Below are positions 11,137 through 20,304 of a DNA stretch of 59,114 nucleotides, in pieces. The translations under genes were made by a program, and so were the position numbers. A model generated the notes under the pieces. The model was given only the letters and a program-made list of their open reading frames with translations, made no database searches and had not been told where the DNA came from. Numbering within the stretch: the stretch's first letter is position 1; each line of letters opens with the position of its first letter. The stretch is from positions 558,001-617,114 of the forward strand of contig AP039696.1 in the NCBI GenBank assembly GCA_051599415.1, written 5' to 3'. Origin of the DNA: Savitreella phatthalungensis (taxonomy: Eukaryota).

Positions 11137-12417
11137 TCAGGCGCCAATATCGCCACGCCGATCCATGTAATGTCCGGTGATAGCTTCAAAGATGTGAACG
11201 CCCTCCGTCAGGGACTTGTACGATAATTCGGTGCTATGGGCAACGAAGAAGACCTGACCTTTTCCAATTGTGCACGTGGCGTCATTGAGGCCCTGTCTGC
11301 TGTACTTCAGTTCGACCGAGCCCGTCACAACGATCACGATTCCAGGACCGTCGATAGCAGAAAGCACCTCGGTGTCCCCTTTGCAATGTAGTTCTGTCCG
11401 CAGAATGCAGAACTCTTCGATAGGCGGATTGTAAATGAGCGTTCTTCGCTCTTTTGCTCCGCGATAGCGTTGGATTTCGACGTAATGGTCGGCCATCGGT
11501 TTATTATCATAGCGCACAAGCTTGAGAAATGCCTCCTTCTGACGTTCGGACTCGGGCAGAAAGCCAGTGTTGAGCACATTATCAGAAGCCGCCATGCATT
11601 CGATCATATCACCGGTAAACCATGCGTGAATACCGTCTTCTTTCACATAGGCCGCATCACCTGGTTGAAGTAAGAAGAAGTTCATGAGGAAAACGACGAT
11701 GAAAGCGCCGGAATCGCCGGGATACATCCGATGGCAGCGCTGCAGTAGACCTCGCTCCTGCGGGAATTGTAGCAAAGCATCCTCTGCAAGCATATCGTGC
11801 AAGATCTCTGTGCTGTTTTTAACGTTAAATGCATGACGGAGCATCTTCCGAACGACCTCTGCCTGATCGTCCTTGCTCATGCTTTCATCCATTGAATCGA
11901 CATGGAAGATTCGGCGCAGCTGTGGAAGGGCATCCAGCATCCGATTGATGTCCTCGGCTGGCCGAAAGCCGGCAAAAATTTCGCACGGAGTAACAGCAAG
12001 GGCGATCTCGGGCTTGTGATTCGAATCCTTGAAGTGCTCCGGATCCCTGGAGTGCAACATTTTAGCAGCACTCTTATCGGGATGAATTTGTAGCTGTAAG
12101 GCTTTGCGCGCCGTTAGAATTTTGAAAAGAAACGGAAGCGTTGAGCCCTCGCCGAATCGCTCGAGCACTTTGCCACCGAGATAGAAGTCTCTGTTATTGT
12201 TCAGATATTGCCCAAGCGATGTTCCGTCTTGCAATGTCGCTTCACCGTTTGGATGAGTGCCCATCCAGAGCTCTGCATATTGGGTGGCCTGATCGAACTC
12301 AAAGTAGTGCGATTGTGATGCATGTGCGAGCTGTGCGGCCAGGCCATCCAGGCCAGTCTTGCCCCAAGGATAGGTCTGCAATCGACATTTCAGCTCGAAG
12401 ACGGGTTGATGAGTCAT
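11137..12417 (-). CDS. Type I mannose-6-phosphate isomerase family protein (divergent paralogue-like)
   Basis: YPWGKTG, YAELWMGTHP, LPFLFKIL, LQIHPDK, DSNHKPEI, IHAWFTGDMIECMAASDNVL. Confidence 0.92.
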   Translation of the reverse strand: MTHQPVFELKCRLQTYPWGKTGLDGLAAQLAHASQSHYFEFDQATQYAELWMGTHPNGEATLQDGTSLGQYLNNNRDFYLGGKVLERFGEGSTLPFLFKILTARKALQLQIHPDKSAAKMLHSRDPEHFKDSNHKPEIALAVTPCEIFAGFRPAEDINRMLDALPQLRRIFHVDSMDESMSKDDQAEVVRKMLRHAFNVKNSTEILHDMLAEDALLQFPQERGLLQRCHRMYPGDSGAFIVVFLMNFFLLQPGDAAYVKEDGIHAWFTGDMIECMAASDNVLNTGFLPESERQKEAFLKLVRYDNKPMADHYVEIQRYRGAKERRTLIYNPPIEEFCILRTELHCKGDTEVLSAIDGPGIVIVVTGSVELKYSRQGLNDATCTIGKGQVFFVAHSTELSYKSLTEGVHIFEAITGHYMDRRGDIGA

Positions 12418-12532
12418 GCGATGAGTGTCTGGTGTGCATGCGTGACGAGGCCGAGGAATTTCTGAACAGCAGAGACAGCGTTGACGTCACCGATCTCGTA
12501 CCCGAAAGAGTGTCCGATCAGGAAACTCTGCA

Positions 12533-13240
12533 TCAAATTGACATCACAGCTTGCTGAGCTGCCTCGAGGGACTGTTCGAGATTCTTGTTGAGCTTCTCGA
12601 CGATAGCTGTTACCTCTTTCTCGAGCTTTGCTCGCTCGTTCTCTGAACCCGCCGACTTTTTTACTGCCTTCATAGCATCACCCCGTTCGGCCCGCAGTTG
12701 GGTGCGGGCCACATCTGCACGTCTAACCATTTGAACATGCAACTCCTTGCGCTTCTCTTGCGTCATCCGCGGCAGAGAGATCGCCAGCTGCAAAGGACTC
12801 TTTGCTGTTGGCTGCGGATTAAAATTCAGGTTGGCTTCTTGTATCGCTTTTTGTACTGCTTTGACGTCGTCGCCGTCGTAGACACTGACGAGAAGCGTAC
12901 GCTGGTCGCGCTGAGAGATCGCGGCTAGGCTGTTCAGTAGAACACCGTCGTGCTGACTAGACCGTACACGTAATTGACTTAAGATCTTAGGATCCTGTCT
13001 GCCAGCCTTAAGGTCGCTCAAGTCACGAGACAGCGAGTCAATCACCTTTGCCAATCCCAGTTCGAATGAAGTCTTGTCGAAATGCTCGCGAGGAAGAGCC
13101 TCTGCCTCCTCAAGCCTTCCAACCTTTTTGTTCTTTTTTCCGAGGACAAAGGGCGTCGTCACGAACGGCCGCGTCAATTCTCTGCACTCGGGCGACCAGC
13201 GCCAGCTGACTGCAGTTTCACCAATCTTTTTACGAAGCAT
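12533..13240 (-). CDS. RRF1: Mitochondrial ribosome recycling factor
   Basis: LKAGRQDP, LNSLAAIS, AVQKAIQEANLNFNPQ, LPRMTQEKRKEL, ARTQLRAER; basic N-terminus consistent with targeting. Confidence 0.85.
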   Translation of the reverse strand: MLRKKIGETAVSWRWSPECRELTRPFVTTPFVLGKKNKKVGRLEEAEALPREHFDKTSFELGLAKVIDSLSRDLSDLKAGRQDPKILSQLRVRSSQHDGVLLNSLAAISQRDQRTLLVSVYDGDDVKAVQKAIQEANLNFNPQPTAKSPLQLAISLPRMTQEKRKELHVQMVRRADVARTQLRAERGDAMKAVKKSAGSENERAKLEKEVTAIVEKLNKNLEQSLEAAQQAVMSI

Positions 13241-13372
13241 TAGCTTCTCTTCTCACGTCCGGTGCCTTTACACACAGTGCTGAATATATAGCCCTGCGAC
13301 ATATGTTTCTATCATAAATATTAAGTGTTGTCGCGTAGTCCGGAGACTCTCAAGCAAACTACGCAACACAAG

Positions 13373-13612
13373 ATGGCAGGCAAGCCTACGACCCCCGAAC
13401 TGAAGAAGTTCATGGATAAGGAGCTTCTCCTGCAGCTGAACGGCAAACGTCGTGTAGTAGGGACATTGCGCGGCTATGATGTCTTTCTCAACCTTGTTTT
13501 GGACAACGCATATGAGCAAAAGGGTGACGATGCAGCGCAGCGCGAGTCAATTGGTCAAGTCGTCATTCGCGGTAACAGCATTGTCATGATGGAGGCATTG
13601 GAACGGATTTGA
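13373..13612 (+). CDS. SMX2: Small nuclear ribonucleoprotein SmG
   Basis: [34 protein letters not shown]...[20 protein letters not shown]; first ATG at 13373. Confidence 0.95.
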   Translation: MAGKPTTPELKKFMDKELLLQLNGKRRVVGTLRGYDVFLNLVLDNAYEQKGDDAAQRESIGQVVIRGNSIVMMEALERI

Positions 13613-13649
13613 GGGAAGAGGCATGCATAGGAGCTACATGGGACAGTGA

Positions 13650-15863
13650 TCACTCGCTCAGATGTGCAAACAGAAGCTTGAGTTTGTCGCGTCCGGCTTG
13701 GCCTGCTATGCCCAGAGCAAGCTGTTCAAGCGAACAATCGATGACTCGTTTCTGTACATCGATGAAGCGTGAGCACCCGCCAGTCGCTACAGCTAGCTTT
13801 GAGTGATCGGTGAAATTGCACTGTACAGTACCATCACTCAAGACGAACATTATCCCGCCGCTCAGCTTCTTGTAACGTGTAAGATAGACGACTCTGTCGT
13901 TCAAGCAATCGTCTGCATCACCCTCGACCGTAGGCTCACCGATGCTCAGATTGTTGTGCATGTAGTCACGAAAGTGCTTCAGCAGGTGTACTTTCTTGGC
14001 GAGTTCGCTTTGCTGCATGCCTTGCTCGACGGCAAATCGTTGAACGCAGGTTTGGGCGGACACGAAGTCGAAAAATTGCCCTCGCGCATCGAGGACCATA
14101 GAAGAGCCGTCATTGAAGTGCACGCCTGTGGCGCGGGAAGTGAGGCAGTAGCCGAGACCGTACTTGTGCGAATAATCCACCCATCTCGAGATGAAAGTCT
14201 TGACAGGGGCCCTCGGGTTTGTTGACGCCTTGACCGCGCTATCTCGAGGACGGCTCAACACAAACTCGAGCTCAGTCGCCAGCAGAGCAAGTGCATCGGT
14301 CGGGGCGATGGTGGCACCTGAAGAAGGCGAATTCGATGGTTTGTTGCTCAGAGAATCCGCGACGTGAAGGCGCTCCAAATTTCGAGCTGCTTGATCTCGA
14401 TGAGCGGCACTGACACTGCGTGTAACCCGGCCGGTCTGGTGTGCTTTTTCGATTTGTTCGTTCAGGCCGTGGGTGACGCATCGTGATCGCGCCACTTGTT
14501 GAGCGGACGGTGCTCTTGTAGCGCCGGAAGACAGGCTCGCGGCTTGTGTGACCTCTGGCTGGTCCTGCTGACGTCGCGCCCCTCCAGCCATAGCCGATGC
14601 CGTGCTCACTCTAGCATGCTCAAGGCGCTCGGCAATGCCACCCGCCCTCTCGACTTGCAGCGAGACCATCCGAGCTTGAGGCCCTGTGCGCGGGCTTAAA
14701 CTCGGCGGGAGACATCTGCCCGACTCAGGACGTTCCACTGCTAGCTCAACACGTTGTCCCTGGGCCGAACCGGCGACTCGACCGCCTCCAACGCCAGCCC
14801 TCTCCGTTACAGCTGCGTGATTACGCTGAAAAGTGGCTGCAGATTGCTGGGAGGGCCATTCTGGCAACTGCTTGAGGGCTGATAGTGGGACAAATTTCGG
14901 CATAATTCCAGTGTTGAAGAAGCTATGTGCAGCAATGTCGTCGATACTCGGCCGCGACTGTGGATCGGTTGAGAGCAAACGCGTGATGAGATCCTTAAGT
15001 CGCGGATCTATCATTCGAGTATCAAGAGCTGGCCAGGAGTACTCGTTGGCCTTAATCCGAGCGTATATTTCCTTTACGTCCTTCGACTGGAAGGGTGGTT
15101 TCCCGACCGTCATAGCGTATAAGATGACACCGATGCTCCAGATATCGACCTCATAAGAATGACCGTGGGCTGAGCCAAATAGCACCTCGGGCGCGATGTA
15201 GTTGGGCGTTCCGCAGATGGTCTTTTTCCGGTCGTCATCGTCGATCAACAGGGCTGCCAAGCCGAAATCTCCAACCCGAAGATTCATGTCTTCGTCCAGG
15301 AAAAGATTACCTAATTTGAGATCCCTGTGAACGACTCGCCGCGAGTGCATGTATTTGACGGCTCCGAGCAGCTGCAAGCCATAGAAGCGAATCTCTGGAT
15401 CGGCGAAAGACTTCCGCGCGCGCAACATGTCCATGAGCGTGCCATTTGGGCACAAATCCAAAATCATGTAGACATTGACATCATCTTCAAAGCAGTCGCG
15501 TTGCTTGACAATGTGTGGATGGTCCATTGACTTATGTACCCGAATCTCTCCCAATAACTTCCCCTTTACCTTCTCCGAAGAAATGCTGGTCTTAGCTACG
15601 GTCTTTGCAGCCAGTCTCACCCCTTTGAAGTCAGTCACTTCGAAGCAGCGAGCAAATCCGCCCTCGCCGAGCAAGCCACGGCGAAAGTATGACCTATCCT
15701 TTTTCTTGTCATTGATCATGGCAGGCGGGGTGAAGCAGAGCGCGCTGGCCTTCTGCTTCTTCTTTGGAGCTTCGATGCGTCGGGCTTCTCCTGACACCGC
15801 CTTAACGGCCGGTATGGCTCCCTGTGCTTGACCATTGAGATCGATCGCTGCGAGAGCAGGCAT
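13650..15863 (-). CDS. CDC5: Polo-like kinase (Cdc5/Plo1)
   Basis: LGEGGFARCF, HRDLKLGN, DFGLAA, KKTICGTPNYIAPE; C-terminal polo boxes WVDYSHKYGLGY...GVHFNDGS and FVLSDGTVQCNFTDHSKL. Confidence 0.97.
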   Translation of the reverse strand: MPALAAIDLNGQAQGAIPAVKAVSGEARRIEAPKKKQKASALCFTPPAMINDKKKDRSYFRRGLLGEGGFARCFEVTDFKGVRLAAKTVAKTSISSEKVKGKLLGEIRVHKSMDHPHIVKQRDCFEDDVNVYMILDLCPNGTLMDMLRARKSFADPEIRFYGLQLLGAVKYMHSRRVVHRDLKLGNLFLDEDMNLRVGDFGLAALLIDDDDRKKTICGTPNYIAPEVLFGSAHGHSYEVDIWSIGVILYAMTVGKPPFQSKDVKEIYARIKANEYSWPALDTRMIDPRLKDLITRLLSTDPQSRPSIDDIAAHSFFNTGIMPKFVPLSALKQLPEWPSQQSAATFQRNHAAVTERAGVGGGRVAGSAQGQRVELAVERPESGRCLPPSLSPRTGPQARMVSLQVERAGGIAERLEHARVSTASAMAGGARRQQDQPEVTQAASLSSGATRAPSAQQVARSRCVTHGLNEQIEKAHQTGRVTRSVSAAHRDQAARNLERLHVADSLSNKPSNSPSSGATIAPTDALALLATELEFVLSRPRDSAVKASTNPRAPVKTFISRWVDYSHKYGLGYCLTSRATGVHFNDGSSMVLDARGQFFDFVSAQTCVQRFAVEQGMQQSELAKKVHLLKHFRDYMHNNLSIGEPTVEGDADDCLNDRVVYLTRYKKLSGGIMFVLSDGTVQCNFTDHSKLAVATGGCSRFIDVQKRVIDCSLEQLALGIAGQAGRDKLKLLFAHLSE

Positions 15864-16493
15864 CGTTCAAGCTCTAGCCAGCGATTGAAACCACTCAGAG
15901 GAGTGTCCCGGTCTGCGCAATGAATTTGTGAGAGTAGCACAGCGCCTTGTCAGTTAAGACCACAAGTAATATTGCGAGTTTCTCGTTGGAGCGTCGTCTC
16001 AGCTGTTGGGTTGAGTTCCTTTTACTCAGTGATCGAGATGGCTACTATTTGCTCTCGTCCTCAAAATCTCGCGTCTTCAGTCAGAGCGGATCTTGTGTCA
16101 TTCCCAAATAGCAACGCCATAATCCCACGTGAGTCAGACGACAGTCAAAATAAACCAACTGCACGTGTTTTCAAATTTCCTCCAGATCGATATATCGATT
16201 CAAATTTGATGATATATATATATCAGAGTCGAGATTCTGAAATTTAATTATGCAAGAATTCTATTGCTACATGCACATGCACTCGATCTAACACCATGCG
16301 TATATAGATGCTTTAAGACGTCCTCAGTTGCGGCCGGTACTCGAAATCAACCATGTATGCACATCAGTGACGCGTGAAACTGCTCGAAACGACAAACCAA
16401 AACCCCTGCCGAGCTCTTGATCATTCATATAGACGCGCTTCGGCATATCAGCAGGTACATTGTAACAGTAGAGAATTGACTGAGGTCACAGTC

Positions 16494-18782
16494 ATGGACA
16501 GTAAACGCAAGGTGGCGAAGATTCGAATGGACTCAGATGATAGCTCTGACGACGAACCGATCCAGAAGCGCATCAAGACCTTTGCTCCCGGCATCAAGAA
16601 GGAGCCACTCACTCAGGAAGGGTTGCAATCAGTAGGATACCCAGGAAAAGTAGCTCATGATGTCAAGCCCGCGAAAAAGGCGAAAAAGGAGAAGACTAGG
16701 GCGGATGACAGTGATTCTACAGATGAAAAGCCGCTCGCAAAGGTTACCAGCAAGATCTCCGCGAAGAGAGTGGAGCAGATTGCCAAGAAGGTCGACGGCG
16801 AGAGGACCAAAATAGGTAAGAAGATCGCGGCGAAGCAAGAGGAGGTCGAGGACGGTGACGAGGACGAGGAAGAAGAGGATTACAAGTGGTGGGAAAATCA
16901 GCAGGGAGACACGTCGGTGAAGTGGACGACGCTTGAACACAATGGTGTGGTCTTTCCGCCAGCATACGTGTCTCTTCCATTGAATGTCAAGATGAGATAC
17001 GACGGTCGTCCTTTGGATCTGCCTCCGGCTGCAGAGGAGGTCGCTGGCTTCTTCGGCGCGATGTTAGAGACTGATCATGCCAAAAACGAGACCTTCGTGC
17101 ATAATTTCTTTGAAGACTTCCAACAGGTCTGTCGAGATTCTGGCATGCCGCGGGTGCCTGATCGCTTTGAGAAGTGCGACTTCAGGCCGATGTACGAGTA
17201 TTTCGAGGCGAAGCGAGAAGAAAAGAAGGCTATGCCAAAGGAGGAGAAGAAGCGTCTGAAAGAGGAGAAGGACGCGATGGACGAAAAGTACAAGTGGGCT
17301 CTTGTGGATGGCCGCAAGGAAAAGGTTGGAAACTTCCGCATTGAGCCGCCAGGGTTGTTCCGCGGTCGCGGCGCCCATCCAAAGACTGGTCGACTAAAGA
17401 CGCGTGTCATGCCGGAGCAGATCACGATCAACATTGGCGACAACGTGCCAGTCCCAGCTCCGCCCGAGGGCCATGTCTGGGCGGAAGTGAAGCACGACAA
17501 CACGGTCACCTGGCTGGCCACTTGGACAGAAAACATAAACAGCAATGTCAAGTACGTCATGATGGGTGCGGGCTCATCCTTCAAAGGGCAGAGCGATCTG
17601 CAGAAATTTGAAAAGGCGCGGCGTCTCAAGAACTGTATCGCCTCGATTCGAAAAGAATATGAGCGAGAGTTGCACGATAAAATGATGGAGACTCGTCAGC
17701 GCGCAACGGCCATGTACTTGATTGATAAGTTTGCGCTCCGTGCCGGAAATGAAAAGGGAGAGGATGAGGCAGACACGGTCGGATGCTGCTCTTTGAGATG
17801 TGAGCATGTCTCCCTCAAGCCTCCAAACAAGGTCCTTTTCGACTTTCTTGGCAAGGACTCCATCCGTTACTTCAATGAGGTGGCCGTGGCGGCAAATGTC
17901 TTCAAGAACTTGCGGATTTTCAAAAAGGACAAACAGGATTCGGATATGCTCTTTGACCGGCTCAACACAGGTAAGCTCAACAAGCATCTCACGAACCTAA
18001 TGCCAGGTCTTAGCGCAAAGGTCTTTCGAACATTCAATGCGTCCTTCACTTTTCAGGAGCAGCTCAAAAATACGCCAGGTGAAGCCTCCGTGGCAGACAA
18101 GGTTCTGGCCTACAATCGTGCTAACCGCGAGGTCGCTGTGCTATGCAACCATCAGCGCAGCGTACCCAAGGCGCACGACGTGCAAATGGGAAAGATCGAA
18201 GATCGCGTTCGTGAGCTCAAATACCAGAAGATGAGACTGCAGCGTATGATGGTCGCAGCCGAGCCAAAGCTGGCAAAGAAGAAGCCGCATCTCCTCCAGT
18301 ACGAGAGCGATGTCGACGATGACTGGATCGCAGAACATCATGACGTGCTCTACCAGCGTGAGCAGGATCGCATCCGCAAGAAGTTCGAGCGCGACAACGA
18401 GAAGCTGACAGCCAATGGTGAGGCAAAGATGTCGGAACGAGATCTTCAAGAACGTTTGAAGGCCGCGGACGACATGCGGACTATGTATGCGCATGAGAAG
18501 AAGACTGGGAAGGTTGAACCCGGACCGTCTGCCACGGTGGAAAAGCTCGAGGCCAAGATCGAGAAGCTCGAAGAACGCATCAAGGTCGTAAAAACGCAGG
18601 CAATTGCCAAGGACGAAAACAAGACGACAGCACTTGGCACGTCAAAGATCAATTACATTGATCCGCGATTGACATTTGCATGGTGCGCTAAGTACAGTGT
18701 CCCAATCGAGAAGATGTTCACGAAAACTCTAAGAGAGAAATTCACCTGGGCCGCAGAGACGCCTGCTGATTGGAGATTTTAA
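16494..18782 (+). CDS. TOP1: DNA topoisomerase I (type IB)
   Basis: KWTTLEHNGV, NFRIEPPGLFRGRGAHPK, ALRAGNEK, DFLGKDSIRY, AKVFRTFNAS, LCNHQR, catalytic GTSKINYIDPR. Confidence 0.98.
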   Translation: MDSKRKVAKIRMDSDDSSDDEPIQKRIKTFAPGIKKEPLTQEGLQSVGYPGKVAHDVKPAKKAKKEKTRADDSDSTDEKPLAKVTSKISAKRVEQIAKKVDGERTKIGKKIAAKQEEVEDGDEDEEEEDYKWWENQQGDTSVKWTTLEHNGVVFPPAYVSLPLNVKMRYDGRPLDLPPAAEEVAGFFGAMLETDHAKNETFVHNFFEDFQQVCRDSGMPRVPDRFEKCDFRPMYEYFEAKREEKKAMPKEEKKRLKEEKDAMDEKYKWALVDGRKEKVGNFRIEPPGLFRGRGAHPKTGRLKTRVMPEQITINIGDNVPVPAPPEGHVWAEVKHDNTVTWLATWTENINSNVKYVMMGAGSSFKGQSDLQKFEKARRLKNCIASIRKEYERELHDKMMETRQRATAMYLIDKFALRAGNEKGEDEADTVGCCSLRCEHVSLKPPNKVLFDFLGKDSIRYFNEVAVAANVFKNLRIFKKDKQDSDMLFDRLNTGKLNKHLTNLMPGLSAKVFRTFNASFTFQEQLKNTPGEASVADKVLAYNRANREVAVLCNHQRSVPKAHDVQMGKIEDRVRELKYQKMRLQRMMVAAEPKLAKKKPHLLQYESDVDDDWIAEHHDVLYQREQDRIRKKFERDNEKLTANGEAKMSERDLQERLKAADDMRTMYAHEKKTGKVEPGPSATVEKLEAKIEKLEERIKVVKTQAIAKDENKTTALGTSKINYIDPRLTFAWCAKYSVPIEKMFTKTLREKFTWAAETPADWRF

Positions 18783-19438
18783 ATCCAGAATGCCGTCATC
18801 GAGTTCGGAGGATGTTCTGCGCAGTCTGAAAGGCTTCTTCTTTGCACGTATACTTCGTCCATTGCCTGTTCATCTGCATCCAGCTCCGATGTTGCAGCCA
18901 TTTCTCGTATCCGTTCTGGGGGATGCATCAGCGTGCCAGGAGTTCGCCAGTCCGCAAGTTCGATCGCGCTCTGACTGAGTCCGTCATCGCCTGTCAGAGC
19001 AGCCTTGACACATTGCGCTGCTTCTTCCGATGTCTGGCAAGCGACAGCTGTTCCTGATAGACCTCTAGTAATTAAAAGCGCTTGCGCCGTGAGCTCGTGA
19101 TGCCGGTCACGGAATGTCTGCAAATCGTCGCGAGTCTCGCCCGGTGTCACTATGATCAGTACGGATGATTTATGCTCCAAGCAGCAGGCGCTGCGCCTTA
19201 GCCAGTCGTCTGCGAGCAGGTCGTTTCGGTCGAGACTGAACAGGTGCTCCGAAGGCACTGCCAGTATTGCGATCTTCAGTGACGGTATGTTGACATCGCA
19301 AGGCATGGTAGCGGTGGGCTGGATCATGCGCACATCTGCGCAATCCCGCAGCTTCCTCCTCACATTCGACCAGAATGTAGCCTCACGCCGACTTCCCTCC
19401 AGAAGGTTGTCCGCTACGAGGACAATCGGGATTGGCAT
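18779..19438 (-). CDS. Hypothetical protein, possible inactive ERCC4/XPF-like fold; 5' end uncertain
   Basis: Open frame of 219 aa from ATG 19438, with its stop overlapping the TOP1 stop in TTAA. Its alpha/beta pattern recalls FAAP24/Spo16 (see findings). Confidence 0.55.
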   Translation of the reverse strand: MPIPIVLVADNLLEGSRREATFWSNVRRKLRDCADVRMIQPTATMPCDVNIPSLKIAILAVPSEHLFSLDRNDLLADDWLRRSACCLEHKSSVLIIVTPGETRDDLQTFRDRHHELTAQALLITRGLSGTAVACQTSEEAAQCVKAALTGDDGLSQSAIELADWRTPGTLMHPPERIREMAATSELDADEQAMDEVYVQRRSLSDCAEHPPNSMTAFWI

Positions 19439-20304
19439 GGAGCCGTCTCGTGCGAAGGGCTCGCTTGTGAGACTCAAACCAGATTCATGAGGTTTGCAAC
19501 GGTTATTCGCGAATCAGTTGCGGCATCCGCTGCATACATGGATGTTCGTTCTGAAGCCAGTGTAATGTCTCGGAGGTCACATCGAGCTCCACTCAATCAC
19601 TGGTTCGTTGTATGGCGGAGCATATAGTGTCGACTGTCAGTGATACATCATCCGCTCGCGACAGCTGCACCGTGAAAATATAGAGCATCAGGATCTTTGA
19701 CTTTATTCTGAAACATCTGCCACGGATCAAAGAGCAAAACAAGTCAGAAGATCGCCATGCACGACGCACATGGCCACGGTTCAATGAAGTTGGCTGAGCT
19801 GCTCGCAAATTAGGGTGGCAATAGCACAAATTGGTACTCACGTACTTGCGTACCATGACAAATTTGACCGTGATTGGAATTCAATAAATCGATCGATGAT
19901 CATGCATGATCGAATGATCGATGTGATGTTTACTGTAATTAAATTGATTAGATCAAAGTAGCCAGCTATGCATGATTTGACGCAGTCAGCATCCGTGCAC
20001 GTATATATAGACTAAACGTGAACACGTGTATGAGTTCGATCCCATGGATCACCATTGTTCTCGCGATTGAAAAAGTAAATTAAATTTAACTGGTCTAAAT
20101 TTAGCAAAGTGTAATGCACGGGTCAACTACACTATACGGATCCTGATCGATCGAGTCTGATCGTTCGAATATGATCAATATATTCTATGTGCTTGGTCGA
20201 TAGAGCTTCATCCCAGGCACGAGGGCACTTCATACACAGCCTGCTATCATATCACACGCCACATTGTCAGAACTCTACTGGAACGGCATCTGTGCTGCTC
20301 CTGA

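Noticed and set aside
7773..12417. Vps3844-ALG12-PMI as a mannosylation gene cluster
   Set aside because: Adjacency of two or three secretory-pathway genes in a dense genome is plausible by chance; no synteny evidence available.
16455..16491. Possible 37-nt 5' UTR intron before TOP1 (GTACAT...TTGAC...CAG)
   Set aside because: Signals are weak and the CDS is unaffected; needs RNA-seq.
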